A program made the translations under genes and the position numbers. From a virus, in the IMG/VR virus record IMGVR_UViG_3300031963_009547: a DNA stretch of 64,000 nt; one strand, written 5' to 3'. The notes under the pieces are model-generated. The model ran no database searches, had not been told where the DNA came from, and saw only the letters and a list, made by a program, of their open reading frames with translations. Shown here in pieces: positions 1 through 9,894 of the stretch (position 1 is the stretch's first letter; each line of letters opens with the position of its first letter).

Positions 1-147
1 TTCTTTTTCGTATTTAGTTTCTGCTATTATATATGCTTTAACCGCCTCTTCTTCACGTACATCAAAGTAATTATTATTTTTTACTTTTTTTTCCGTCTTT
101 TTCTCTTCGTATGTAACTTCTGTTATAGTTGCAGACGATATAGTCAT
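1..147 (-). CDS. 5' part of a probable phage sigma-factor-like protein (runs off the window)
   Basis: Not in ORF track. Manual translation MTISSATITEVTYEEKKTEKKVKNNNYFDVREEEAVKAYIIAETKYEKE; its ATG overlaps the TAA of the upstream GT2. The NYF..EEEAV..Y start resembles N-termini of large-phage gp55-like sigma factors (recall only). Confidence 0.45.
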   Translation of the reverse strand, partial: MTISSATITEVTYEEKKTEKKVKNNNYFDVREEEAVKAYIIAETKYEKE

Positions 148-953
148 TAGTTTTCTTGTGGTTCATATTTTATATTTCTATCCATGGTGAAGAAATGTTC
201 TTTTTTTGCTGATTCAATCCAAAAAGAAACTTCATCATCAGTAATTGAATTTTGACCATTTTTATAACTCCAAAAGATGGAACCCTCTCTAAAATTCATG
301 TGCTTATACCCAATTCTAGGGATTGTCATAATCTGAGCTGAATTGTAAGTTAGTCTTAACAAAAACTCATAAACAAATGTTAATTTGAACGAAGATTTAA
401 ATCCACCATTGTCAGAGTAAGTTGATTTTTTAATTACCATTCCACTTGTTTGAAAGTTTTGGTAGTTCATTAATACGTCATTTGTTAAATAACCTATTTC
501 TGAATTTAAACTCGCAGCAAATGTCGCCTCATTTGTAAAACCAACAAACATACCCTTTTCATCAGTATCAACAACTAGTGGTAAAAATGCATCAACTTCA
601 GGGTAAGACTCGATAAATCTTTTTACATTTTTAAACCAAATAGTAGAATACTCATCATCAAATTCTAAAATTGAAATATATTCACCATTTGAATTCTCAA
701 CACCTAAGTTAACTTGAGTACTAAAATCTGTCTTACCTTTATTTTCTACAAAATTTACAGTTAGACCACTGTAATCAAATTTATTTAATACTTCTTTTAA
801 ACCATCCTCATCAGAATGTACTACGATAACTTCTAAAGGACTTGTATGTTGAATTTGAACAGACTTAATTGCTCTTTCATAAAATGTTTCAAAATCCCTT
901 TGTTTAGATGAATTAATTGGGATTATTACTGATACGTTTAGATTATTTTCCAT
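147..953 (-). CDS. glycosyltransferase family 2 (GT-A fold)
   Basis: VSVIIP start, EVIVV, NLGVENSNGEYISILEFDDEY (DxD-like region). Confidence 0.85.
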   Translation of the reverse strand: MENNLNVSVIIPINSSKQRDFETFYERAIKSVQIQHTSPLEVIVVHSDEDGLKEVLNKFDYSGLTVNFVENKGKTDFSTQVNLGVENSNGEYISILEFDDEYSTIWFKNVKRFIESYPEVDAFLPLVVDTDEKGMFVGFTNEATFAASLNSEIGYLTNDVLMNYQNFQTSGMVIKKSTYSDNGGFKSSFKLTFVYEFLLRLTYNSAQIMTIPRIGYKHMNFREGSIFWSYKNGQNSITDDEVSFWIESAKKEHFFTMDRNIKYEPQEN

Positions 954-954
954 G

Positions 955-2022
955 TTATTTACTTTCTTCTGTTACATTTAGTTTATCCAATTGTTCTTGG
1001 AATGCGTTAAGTCTTGAGGTAAAGAATTCTTCAAAAAGTTCCAATACTTTTGACTCGAATTTATTTTTGTTTTGATAGTTTGATGATGTTGTAGACATAT
1101 TCTCATAAAGTGTTTCTGAAATATTATCTTCCAACCAATTTTGAATGAAATTTGCAACAACGTCAACAATTTCGTTAAATTGATTAGTCCAAACACCATT
1201 CTCTTCATTCATCCATTCAGGTACCATATTAGGTACTTTTGCAATAACTGGTGTTCCGCTTACCATTGATTCCAATGGGTAGGTACCAAATGATGACTCA
1301 TTATCAACCCATACACTTAAAAATGACTCCTTTAAGAATTTAGAAAAATCACTGATAGAAATACCTCTCATATCTCTAAAAGTAATCCATCTATATTGTG
1401 GATATTTCAAATAGAACGTTTTAATAATTTTTGCAGTGTCCCTTTGGTCTCTTGTATGAATTGAAATAATAGGTTTAGATGGTTTTTCTTTTTTAGAAAA
1501 AACCTCATCAATATAAGGTTCTAAAACATCAATACTTACATTTTTCATTACTTCTGAAATATATTCTTTTTGTTTTTCAGAAGTAGTTATTGCTTTATAA
1601 AATCCTAATTGAGGCCATGTAACACCCGGAGCTAAAGTTTCCAACATATGGTCATATGCCTGACATAAAACTATTTTACCACAAGGTAAGTTTTTAATTT
1701 GTTCCATAACGTGACCATAAAGTTCCGGTAATACAATCATATCTTCAGGTGAAATAGATAAGTTTTGACCGTCGATAGACTGATGTGGTAACTCCATATA
1801 TTTTTCATTCAACCACGAAGAAACACCTTCATAATCTGTTGTTTCGTGAATTATAATTGGATTATATCCTGAATTTTTTAAGGTTAGTGCCATATCATAG
1901 ATATATTTAATACTAGCCTTTGGGTTACCTTTTGTATCTTGTACTAAAAAATAAATTCTAGCCGTTTTTTCTTTAAGGTTATTAACTGAACCCTCAATCT
2001 TTTTTATTTTTTCTAAATCCAT
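955..2022 (-). CDS. GT-B fold glycosyltransferase-like protein
   Basis: ESSFGTYPLESMVSGTPVI resembles the GT4 E-x-FG-x-P-x-EAM-x-x-G-x-PVI motif. Confidence 0.7.
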   Translation of the reverse strand: MDLEKIKKIEGSVNNLKEKTARIYFLVQDTKGNPKASIKYIYDMALTLKNSGYNPIIIHETTDYEGVSSWLNEKYMELPHQSIDGQNLSISPEDMIVLPELYGHVMEQIKNLPCGKIVLCQAYDHMLETLAPGVTWPQLGFYKAITTSEKQKEYISEVMKNVSIDVLEPYIDEVFSKKEKPSKPIISIHTRDQRDTAKIIKTFYLKYPQYRWITFRDMRGISISDFSKFLKESFLSVWVDNESSFGTYPLESMVSGTPVIAKVPNMVPEWMNEENGVWTNQFNEIVDVVANFIQNWLEDNISETLYENMSTTSSNYQNKNKFESKVLELFEEFFTSRLNAFQEQLDKLNVTEESK

Positions 2023-2025
2023 TTT

Positions 2026-2307
2026 TTAAAATTTTTTGATTATTTTATTTAATAATAAAGTATTAAAAGAAATTTTGAATGGTATTGATAAATCTTTAGT
2101 ACTATGAATACCCAAATTTTCATCCACACCTTCTCTTTCCGATAGGACAATTTCCATTAATAACTTAAATGTTTCATATCTTGTTACGCTAATTTGTTCA
2201 TTTTCAGTGTCGCCAGATGGTACCGCAATTTTTGAACTATTTATACTTACTTGTGTTTCTAATTCGTCCACATCAAAGTAGTAATTCTCACCCCAAAGTT
2301 GTATCAT
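2026..2307 (-). CDS. hypothetical protein
   Basis: 93-aa ORF in the coupled operon, overlapping its upstream neighbour. Confidence 0.7.
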   Translation of the reverse strand: MIQLWGENYYFDVDELETQVSINSSKIAVPSGDTENEQISVTRYETFKLLMEIVLSEREGVDENLGIHSTKDLSIPFKISFNTLLLNKIIKKF

Positions 2308-2956
2308 TCTCTAATTTTTTTATTATTTCATCAAAGTCTCCCAACTTTTCTATTTTATAATCACACTCAATACTTACGTTATAGTCAGTGAGATATTGGA
2401 TTGTAGTTTTATGTTGTGGTACCTTAGTTAATATATTAGGATTTGCAGTTAATAAGATATCTATAGTATCCCACATATTATCTAAAGTTGAGTTTGAATA
2501 GAATTTAATATTTTCTATTAAACATCCAAATTTAGATAAGAAAAATAAAGTCGCCGGTTTTGATTTACCAATTTCATCAGATACAACATAAATCTCATAT
2601 TTGTCACGATTGTTTAAATAAAAATCATTTAAATCATTAAATGTAAAAGTTTCAGTAGAACCTGCATGACCAAACAATTGCATAGGGAAATCTTCAAACA
2701 TAAAATCATATAATTCCTCATCAGATTTGAATTTAAAATGGTTTTTTAATTCAAATGTATTGATAGGTTCGATAATTTCATAAATAAATTCGTCCTCAAC
2801 CTTATCAATTGATGTGTTACCAGACATATCCATGGTAAATGTTTGATTTGAATTTTCAGACTCATAATTTTCAATCATATGTTTTTCATATAATTGTCTA
2901 AACTTGCCAAATGTATCCCTTAAAACACCATTAACTTCAATCCCTATTCTCTTCAT
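2288..2956 (-). CDS. 5'(3')-deoxyribonucleotidase-like HAD protein with degenerate motif I
   Basis: N-terminal IGIEVNGVLRD corresponds to IGIDxDGVLxD, with both Asp replaced. Confidence 0.6.
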   Translation of the reverse strand: MKRIGIEVNGVLRDTFGKFRQLYEKHMIENYESENSNQTFTMDMSGNTSIDKVEDEFIYEIIEPINTFELKNHFKFKSDEELYDFMFEDFPMQLFGHAGSTETFTFNDLNDFYLNNRDKYEIYVVSDEIGKSKPATLFFLSKFGCLIENIKFYSNSTLDNMWDTIDILLTANPNILTKVPQHKTTIQYLTDYNVSIECDYKIEKLGDFDEIIKKLENDTTLG

Positions 2957-3674
2957 CGTATTTTTCTAATATTTTACTGATTAATGGGTTTCTTACGTTT
3001 TTAGCGTTTCTAAAATCATACACACCCACATCATTTATATTTTTGAACCTTTGTAAAGCATCATAAAGACCTGATTGTTTTTTGTCTTTATAACGGTCAG
3101 TTTGTTCTAAATCTCCTGATATAAAGAACTTACTATTAAACCCTATCCTTGTCAATAGTAATTTCATTTGATTTGGAGTTGCGTTTTGAGCTTCTTCAAA
3201 AATTAGAATGGAATTGTCGATATTCATACCTCTCATATAGGCTAAAGCAAATACCTCAATTATTTCAGCTTCTTTAAGTTTTTCTCTCGCCTCTTTACCT
3301 ATAATTTTATTTAATAGGTAATATGAAGGAAAAATGTAAGGGTCTAATTTTTCTTCCAAGTTACCTGGTAACGAACCCAGTTTTTCTTCAGCTTCAACTG
3401 CTGGTCTAACGATGATTAGTTTTTCATAAGAATTATTAGGGTCCATTAGTAGGTCAACCGCCGCTCTCATGGAAATAAAACTTTTACCAACACCTGCGGG
3501 ACCTGAACATATTGTGATTTGATTAGACATCAATATGTCATAATACTCTTTTTGATTGTCTGATAAGAATTTATTTTTTTGTTTTCTTTTAATAACTGAA
3601 TTTATGTAATCCTTTTTTGTGATTGTTTTAGGTATTACTGGTTCTTCTGGTTGAGTTATTTTTTTTCTTGTCAT
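2937..3674 (-). CDS. phoH: PhoH-family ATPase
   Basis: GPAGVGKS Walker A, RPAVEAEEKLGSLPG, AYMRG, EEAQN, LLTRIG, SGDLEQTD. Confidence 0.95.
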   Translation of the reverse strand: MTRKKITQPEEPVIPKTITKKDYINSVIKRKQKNKFLSDNQKEYYDILMSNQITICSGPAGVGKSFISMRAAVDLLMDPNNSYEKLIIVRPAVEAEEKLGSLPGNLEEKLDPYIFPSYYLLNKIIGKEAREKLKEAEIIEVFALAYMRGMNIDNSILIFEEAQNATPNQMKLLLTRIGFNSKFFISGDLEQTDRYKDKKQSGLYDALQRFKNINDVGVYDFRNAKNVRNPLISKILEKYDEENRD

Positions 3675-3682
3675 TTAATTAT

Positions 3683-4660
3683 TTATTTATTTTTATAGTA
3701 ATCCATCCAATACTCAATCATCTCATCTAACATAGATTCAAAAGTATATTTTGGATTCCAATTTAATCCATCTCTCAATTTTGATGAATCTCCTTTTAAA
3801 TTATATAACTCTTCAGGTCTGAAATGTTTCTCATCAATTACTATGTATTCACTATAATCTAATCCTAATGAACTAAATACGTAACTACATAAGTCTTGTA
3901 CCGAATGTGATATTCCTGTAGAACAAACGTAGTCTTCAGGTTTATCTGATTGTAGCATCAACCACATTGCTTCGACATAATCTTTAGCATGTCCCCAATC
4001 TCTTGTTGCATCTAAATTACCAATATTTAATTTTTCTTGTAAACCTAAACTAATTCTAACTGCTGCTTTAACAACTTTATTTGTTACAAAGTTTGTCCCT
4101 CTTCTTGGTGACTCGTGGTTAAACAAAATACCATTCCATATTTTCATACCATATGAATTGCGATAGTTTCGACAAATGTTGTATGAAAATACCTTAGCAC
4201 ATCCATAAGGCGATACTGGATTCATCGGTGTTGTTTCTCTTTGAAACCCATCTTCATCGATAGTATTTCCAAACATTTCAGATGACGATGCTTGGTAAAT
4301 TTTAATATCTTTATTTAATAGTTTTACCGCCTCCAATAAATTAAGAGTTCCAAGACCCGTTACATTTGCGGTGTAGATTGGTTGGTCAAAAGATATTCTT
4401 ACATGTGATTGTGCGGCCAAATTATAAATTTCAATTGGTTTAACTTCTTGTATTACTCTTGTAAGTGAAGATAAATCAGTTAAATCCGCATAGTGTAAAT
4501 GTAATTTATCGAATACGTCATCTAATCTACTTGTTTGATTTTCCGATACTGAATTTCTCTTTAATGTTCCGTGAACTTCATATCCTTTTTCTAAAAGAAA
4601 TTCTGCAAGATACGAACCATCCTGTCCGTTTATTCCTGTTATTAGTGCTACTTTTTTCAT
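3683..4660 (-). CDS. gmd: GDP-mannose 4,6-dehydratase
   Basis: ALITGINGQDGSYLAEFLL, YNLAAQSHV, YQASSSEMFG, PVSPYGCAK, LFNHESPRRG, RDWGHAKDYV. Confidence 0.97.
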   Translation of the reverse strand: MKKVALITGINGQDGSYLAEFLLEKGYEVHGTLKRNSVSENQTSRLDDVFDKLHLHYADLTDLSSLTRVIQEVKPIEIYNLAAQSHVRISFDQPIYTANVTGLGTLNLLEAVKLLNKDIKIYQASSSEMFGNTIDEDGFQRETTPMNPVSPYGCAKVFSYNICRNYRNSYGMKIWNGILFNHESPRRGTNFVTNKVVKAAVRISLGLQEKLNIGNLDATRDWGHAKDYVEAMWLMLQSDKPEDYVCSTGISHSVQDLCSYVFSSLGLDYSEYIVIDEKHFRPEELYNLKGDSSKLRDGLNWNPKYTFESMLDEMIEYWMDYYKNK

Positions 4661-5805
4661 TCGTTAATTATTGATACAATAGTTTGGATTTCATCAAAAG
4701 TCAATCCTTGATGGTTTGGTATGTAGAACCCAAACTTGTTTATTAATTCACAATTTTTTAATTCAACAGGTCCGTATTTTTTTACCCACATCGGTTTTTT
4801 AGACATGTCTCCAGCAATTAAAGGTCTAACCTCAATATTTTTTTCTAATAGTTTATTAACTATTTCATTTCTTCTTTCATTAATAATTGGGTATGCAAAG
4901 TTCGATACAAAATCACCTTTGTTTTCACCAACCATAATTTTATTATCACCAATTAGTGATTTATATTTTTTGAAATTTTCATTTCTTTTTTCACTATACC
5001 CGTCTAATTTATCAATTGCCATTAAACCAATAAATGCTTGTAAATCTGTTGCTCTTAAATTAAAACCCGGTAAATAAAAAGTATATAAAGAGTCAAACTC
5101 ATTTACATTATTTTCTTTTCTTAATTTTTCTTGTATGTGTGTAGGTAAATCCCTATCCCAACCGTGACTTCTCATCATTAATAATGAATAATAAAAATCC
5201 TCATCGTTTGTATTTATGAACCCACCTTCAATTGTGCTTAAGTGATGTCCAAAATACATCGAAAAAAATGATGCAAAACCAAAAGAACCTAAATACTTTC
5301 CTTGATATTTTGACCCCATACTTTCGCAAACATCTTCCAATAGAATTACATTGTATTTTTCACACAGTGAAATTACTTTTTCCATATTAGGAACTAAACC
5401 TAATGGTGAAACTAAAATCATACAAGATGGGTCATTTGTTTTAAACAACTCTTCTAAATGTTCTAAATCACAAGAAAGGTCTTCTAAGTTAGAGTCACAA
5501 AGTATTGGTTCCATACCTAATAACATTGGGGAACTAACATCGGTAGCCCAACTTAATCCAGGAACAACAACTTTGTTATTTTTTAATTTACCGGTGTGTA
5601 ATAATGATGCTAACGCTAAAATAATTGCTGACGACCCGGAATTAACATAGACAGAATATTTCGTACCTATTTTTTTAGCCCATTTTGATTCTAATTCCCA
5701 TGTTAAATCTCCTTTTGTAAGTCTTGGTATTTCATCTTGGTTTAACCATTCTATTAATTTATTGATGTCATTTTTATCAATTGTGTCTTTAACTAACTTT
5801 ATCAT
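4657..5805 (-). CDS. colD: GDP-4-keto-6-deoxymannose 3-dehydratase (ColD-type; DegT/DnrJ PLP fold)
   Basis: LEDVCESMG; FSMYFGHHLSTIEGG with His where aminotransferases have the Schiff-base Lys; RSHGWDRDLP; LPGFNLR; sits between gmd and an fcl-like gene. Confidence 0.8.
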   Translation of the reverse strand: MIKLVKDTIDKNDINKLIEWLNQDEIPRLTKGDLTWELESKWAKKIGTKYSVYVNSGSSAIILALASLLHTGKLKNNKVVVPGLSWATDVSSPMLLGMEPILCDSNLEDLSCDLEHLEELFKTNDPSCMILVSPLGLVPNMEKVISLCEKYNVILLEDVCESMGSKYQGKYLGSFGFASFFSMYFGHHLSTIEGGFINTNDEDFYYSLLMMRSHGWDRDLPTHIQEKLRKENNVNEFDSLYTFYLPGFNLRATDLQAFIGLMAIDKLDGYSEKRNENFKKYKSLIGDNKIMVGENKGDFVSNFAYPIINERRNEIVNKLLEKNIEVRPLIAGDMSKKPMWVKKYGPVELKNCELINKFGFYIPNHQGLTFDEIQTIVSIINE

Positions 5806-6703
5806 AATATGAATTATATACTAATTTTATACCTTCACTCAAAGGTGTGAATTCAAAATTTGGAAACAAATTTTTAAATTTATCTATTGAAACGTCTTTT
5901 CTAAATTGACCGTTTGGTTTTGTTGTGTCCCATTCAATTTTTATATTTTTACTATCGGTCACATCTAAAGCAATTTCAGCCATTTGTTTAATTGAAAGGT
6001 TTTCTTCAGTTGCAACATTGAAGCTTTCAGTTACATCTTTTTCAATTGTCTGTTTAATTATTTCTGCAAAATCACCAGCATACATGAATTGTCTTAGAGG
6101 TGTCCCATCACCAAAAAGAGTAATCTCACCTGAATTGTTATTTTTAGCGTAATTAATTTTTTTAATTAATGATGTTAAAAAATGACTTTTATTTTCGTCG
6201 TCCTTATCTTCAATACCATATAAGTTACAAGGAATTAAATATTGATAATTTAAATTATACTGAAGATTATATGCATCTATTTGTGCTCCCATTGAACGTT
6301 TAGAATAACCATAAGAGAAATTGGTTATAGTTGGTGGTCCCTCATGTAACATGGTTTCATCCATTGGGTATTTTCTTGCAACATCAGGGTATATACAAGT
6401 ACTTAAAATACCTATGAATTTTTTTACTTTGAAAATTCTTGAGTATTCGATTAGTAGTGTATTCATTAAAACATTCTGTGTAAAATATTCGGCAGGATGG
6501 TTAATATTATCAATTATACCACCAACCCTTGCTGCTAAATGAACTACTATATTAGGTTTATGTTTTAAAAACATTCGTTTAACACCTTCTTCCGTTGTTA
6601 AATCATAATCATTAGATGATATATAAATTGCTTCTGGTAATATCTTTTTTAAATATTTCCCAACTAATCCTGAACCGCCCGTTACTAATATTTTACTGTT
6701 CAT
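5789..6703 (-). CDS. GDP-L-fucose/GDP-L-colitose synthase (epimerase-reductase, Fcl/ColC family)
   Basis: ILVTGGSGLVG, HLAARVGGI, LSTCIYP, YGYSKR (YxxxK), PCNLYG, GDGTPLRQF. Confidence 0.9.
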   Translation of the reverse strand: MNSKILVTGGSGLVGKYLKKILPEAIYISSNDYDLTTEEGVKRMFLKHKPNIVVHLAARVGGIIDNINHPAEYFTQNVLMNTLLIEYSRIFKVKKFIGILSTCIYPDVARKYPMDETMLHEGPPTITNFSYGYSKRSMGAQIDAYNLQYNLNYQYLIPCNLYGIEDKDDENKSHFLTSLIKKINYAKNNNSGEITLFGDGTPLRQFMYAGDFAEIIKQTIEKDVTESFNVATEENLSIKQMAEIALDVTDSKNIKIEWDTTKPNGQFRKDVSIDKFKNLFPNFEFTPLSEGIKLVYNSYYDKVS

Positions 6704-6998
6704 TTTTAAAAAAAACTAAATCGTTTATTGCTTTGTCATCTACGATTAAATCGTAGTGTAATTTTCTACCAACATATAAATCATGGTATTTTACCCCCCA
6801 AGTTTCCAATTGATTTTTTGTTAAATTAAACCAATCAATTCCTGTTGTTGCCCCTCTTGCTGTGTCTATTATTATATGATTACCATCGTGATATAAATCA
6901 TTTAATTTTTTTATTCTTTGGTGAAAGGGTTCTGCCTTTTCGTAATCACCATATGTGTTAGTACATAAAGTACCATCTAAATCAAAACAATAAATCAT
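6693..6998 (-). CDS. small HAD phosphatase (capsule-biosynthesis type)
   Basis: FDLDGTL motif I, TARG motif II, VDDKA motif IV. Confidence 0.85.
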   Translation of the reverse strand: MIYCFDLDGTLCTNTYGDYEKAEPFHQRIKKLNDLYHDGNHIIIDTARGATTGIDWFNLTKNQLETWGVKYHDLYVGRKLHYDLIVDDKAINDLVFFKNEQ

Positions 6999-7939
6999 AT
7001 AATTGTAATTTTTTTTGGTTCTGAAAATTCTAATGTTTGAGGTCTGTTATTTTTAATTATAATATCTAAAATTTCATCATCACTTAACCCAACCAATTTA
7101 AAAGTTAAATTTGTTTTTTTAGAATCAATTAAACTAACATTTATTTCTGTATTTGTCACAGACCACTCTTCATTCAAAACATAGAAATCTACGTTACTAC
7201 CATAGTGAGTAATAAACCCTCCCGCATCGGCTGCGGTTAAAACCCCCCTTGATAAATAAAATAATGATATTAGTTCATCCTGAGTTAATGACTCATCAAT
7301 TTCCAAATAGTTTTCAGTAATATTATAAGATTGTGGTGGAAATCCTATATTAATGATATTATATCCGTTTGATATTAATTTATTTAATAATTTTTCTAAA
7401 TGGGGTAATGACGATAAAGTGTTATGTTCAGTCGATTTATTTTTAAAATTTCTAGTAATTAATATAAAGGTTTTATCTGTAAAAAGATGACCGTATTTTT
7501 TTTTAATCGATTTAAAAACTTTTTCAGTTGGTTTTATGGTCAAACCATTATCAAAGAATTTTTTAGCATAATCTAAAGAAGTGGTGTATGTGTTTCTTGG
7601 AGAAAATACATCAACAACACCGTCATCATATTCTGTTTTTTGCCAACTACGGATTTCAATATTATCAATACCATATTTTTCAGTACAGTAATTAATACAT
7701 TTTTCTAAAAAAAGGTCATTTTCTCGTGATGCACTATCTAATACAGATGGGTATGAAAAAAAATCTCCATTTTTTACGGTAATAATTTCATCAACTGATG
7801 ATAACACAATATAACCATTATACTGTGTTATTCCGATAACTTTAGAACCGTCAGTTTTAGATTCATTTATAAAAGAATTAAATGGTAATAATTGATTCCA
7901 TTCTTCAGGTTGTGTAATATAAATTAATACCTTAGACAT
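6995..7939 (-). CDS. hypothetical protein, possibly a GT-B (GT9-like) glycosyltransferase
   Basis: C-terminal ILITRN...IINIG...LISLFYLSRGVLTAADAGGFITH is loosely GT9-like; sugar-operon context. Confidence 0.4.
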   Translation of the reverse strand: MSKVLIYITQPEEWNQLLPFNSFINESKTDGSKVIGITQYNGYIVLSSVDEIITVKNGDFFSYPSVLDSASRENDLFLEKCINYCTEKYGIDNIEIRSWQKTEYDDGVVDVFSPRNTYTTSLDYAKKFFDNGLTIKPTEKVFKSIKKKYGHLFTDKTFILITRNFKNKSTEHNTLSSLPHLEKLLNKLISNGYNIINIGFPPQSYNITENYLEIDESLTQDELISLFYLSRGVLTAADAGGFITHYGSNVDFYVLNEEWSVTNTEINVSLIDSKKTNLTFKLVGLSDDEILDIIIKNNRPQTLEFSEPKKITII

Positions 7940-7946
7940 TTTTATT

Positions 7947-8777
7947 TTAGATATTATTAACTTTTCTAAGTTTTTTAGCTATTGGTTTTTCAGTTTCATA
8001 AACAACTTTGACACCGTCACCTAAAACCGTTTCCATTTTACGAATTCCAGACATTAACTCCCCAACGTTTTCAATAGACGCAGCTTGGTCTGAACCATAC
8101 ATTGTTCTGTCTTTTGTAATGTGAAATTCAATACATTCTGAACCTAATGCAACAGCCCCAAAACAAGGAATCATCCCACTTGCGTGATTAGAAAACCCAA
8201 TTTTATATTGTGGGTATTTTTCCTTCAAAGTTTTGATGTAATTTAAATTAATTTCTTCGTCTTTTGTTGGGTATGTACTTGTACATGCTAAAACATATTC
8301 CACATTATTTAAAATATTGATTGCGGAATCAACTTCTCTTTCTGTAGACATACCAGTAGAAACGATGATTGGTTTACCTGTTGAATTTAATTTTTCCAAA
8401 AATGTTTTATCTGTTAATAAAGCTGAAGCTACTTTATGATATTTCACATTTAAGTTTGATTCAATTAAATCGACACTTTTTGTATCCCAACAAGAAACAA
8501 TAAAATCTAAACCTAATGCGTTTGAGAATTTTTCTAAATCTTTATATTGTTCAATACTAAACTCTAATCCCATCTTTTGTTCACGATTAGTTGTTCCCCA
8601 TGGGGATTCTCTTTGTGCGTCCAATTCTTCTTTAGTGTATACCGACTCGATATCTCTTTTTTGAAATTTAACAGCATCACATTCATAAGTTTTTGCCATA
8701 ACTATTAATTCTTTCGCCAAATCAAGGTCACCATTATGGTTGATTCCGATTTCTGCAATCACATAAGTCTTTTTCAT
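7947..8777 (-). CDS. neuB: NeuB-family ulosonic acid synthase, short form lacking the C-terminal SAF domain
   Basis: IAEIGINHNGD, AVKFQKR, KVASA, PIIVSTGMS, CTSTYP, GFSNH, IEFHIT, GSDQAAS; only 276 aa. Confidence 0.92.
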   Translation of the reverse strand: MKKTYVIAEIGINHNGDLDLAKELIVMAKTYECDAVKFQKRDIESVYTKEELDAQRESPWGTTNREQKMGLEFSIEQYKDLEKFSNALGLDFIVSCWDTKSVDLIESNLNVKYHKVASALLTDKTFLEKLNSTGKPIIVSTGMSTEREVDSAINILNNVEYVLACTSTYPTKDEEINLNYIKTLKEKYPQYKIGFSNHASGMIPCFGAVALGSECIEFHITKDRTMYGSDQAASIENVGELMSGIRKMETVLGDGVKVVYETEKPIAKKLRKVNNI

Positions 8778-8790
8778 TTTTTAATATTTT

Positions 8791-9894
8791 TTATTTTTTA
8801 TTTGAAAGTTCAACTTTTACTTTTTTTAGTGCTGAACCGATAATCTGATGCATATCATAGTATTTGTATTCTGCCAATCTACCTCCGAATATTACATTAG
8901 GTAGTGTTTCTGCTAACTTTGCATACTTTTGATAAACTTCATTGTTTTTTTTATCATTTATTGGATAATATGGTATATCGTTTTCAGTGTAAGTTTTTGA
9001 ATATTCTTTAGTAATCCATGTAACATCTGACTTTGAATTTTCGAAGTGTTTATGTTCGGTAATTCTTGTATACGGTACTTCTTCATGTGTGTAGTTCATG
9101 ACAGCACAACCTTGGAAGTCTTCCAAATCTACTTTTTCATGAACAAAATCTAATGACCTATACTCTAATTTACCGTATTTATAATCAAAAAATTCATCTA
9201 TTTTACCTGTGAAAACAATTTTATCCGCTATTGAGTAATAGTAATCTTTGTTATCAAAAAAATCAACATCGGTCATTACATCAATACCATCAAATATTCT
9301 TTCAAATATTTTTGTATATCCATCTACAGGTATACCTTGATATTTGTCTGAAAAATAATTGTCATTGAAATTAGTTCTTATGGGTATTCTTTTGAGAATT
9401 GCCGATGGTAAATCTTTAGGGTCTCTACCCCACTGTTTTTTTGTGTATCCTTTAATAAAAATTTCATATATTTCTTTACCTATTTGTGAAAGTGCAAAAG
9501 TCTCGAAATTTTCATCTTGTAAATTTTTAGAAACAACTGAATTTAATTTTTCTTTAGCCATTTCAGGGCTTGTTACACCCCACACTTGACATAGTGTTAG
9601 TAAATTAATCGGGAAAGAATATATTTTATCTAAATAACTAACTTTAGGTCTGTGCTGGTAGTTATTAAATTCAGTAAATTGATTTATCCAATTCCAAATA
9701 GTTAAATCATTAGTGTGAAAAATGTGTGAACCATATATATGAACGTTTATATTATCTTTTTTTTCGCTATAACAATTACCACCTATGTGTTTTCTTTTTT
9801 CAATAACTAAACATTTTTTACCCGATTTAGTCATCTCATGCGCGAATACCGCACCAAATAAACCACTGCCGACAATTAAATAATCATATTTCAT
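8791..9894 (-). CDS. glf: UDP-galactopyranose mutase
   Basis: IVGSGLFG, HIGGNCY, YGSHIFHT, YTKKQWG, YQGIPVDGYT, GRLAEYKYYDMHQ. Confidence 0.96.
   Translation of the reverse strand: MKYDYLIVGSGLFGAVFAHEMTKSGKKCLVIEKRKHIGGNCYSEKKDNINVHIYGSHIFHTNDLTIWNWINQFTEFNNYQHRPKVSYLDKIYSFPINLLTLCQVWGVTSPEMAKEKLNSVVSKNLQDENFETFALSQIGKEIYEIFIKGYTKKQWGRDPKDLPSAILKRIPIRTNFNDNYFSDKYQGIPVDGYTKIFERIFDGIDVMTDVDFFDNKDYYYSIADKIVFTGKIDEFFDYKYGKLEYRSLDFVHEKVDLEDFQGCAVMNYTHEEVPYTRITEHKHFENSKSDVTWITKEYSKTYTENDIPYYPINDKKNNEVYQKYAKLAETLPNVIFGGRLAEYKYYDMHQIIGSALKKVKVELSNKK

Noticed and set aside
4657-5805. Perosamine synthase/aminotransferase call
   Set aside because: The catalytic Lys position is His (GHHLST), the ColD-type signature
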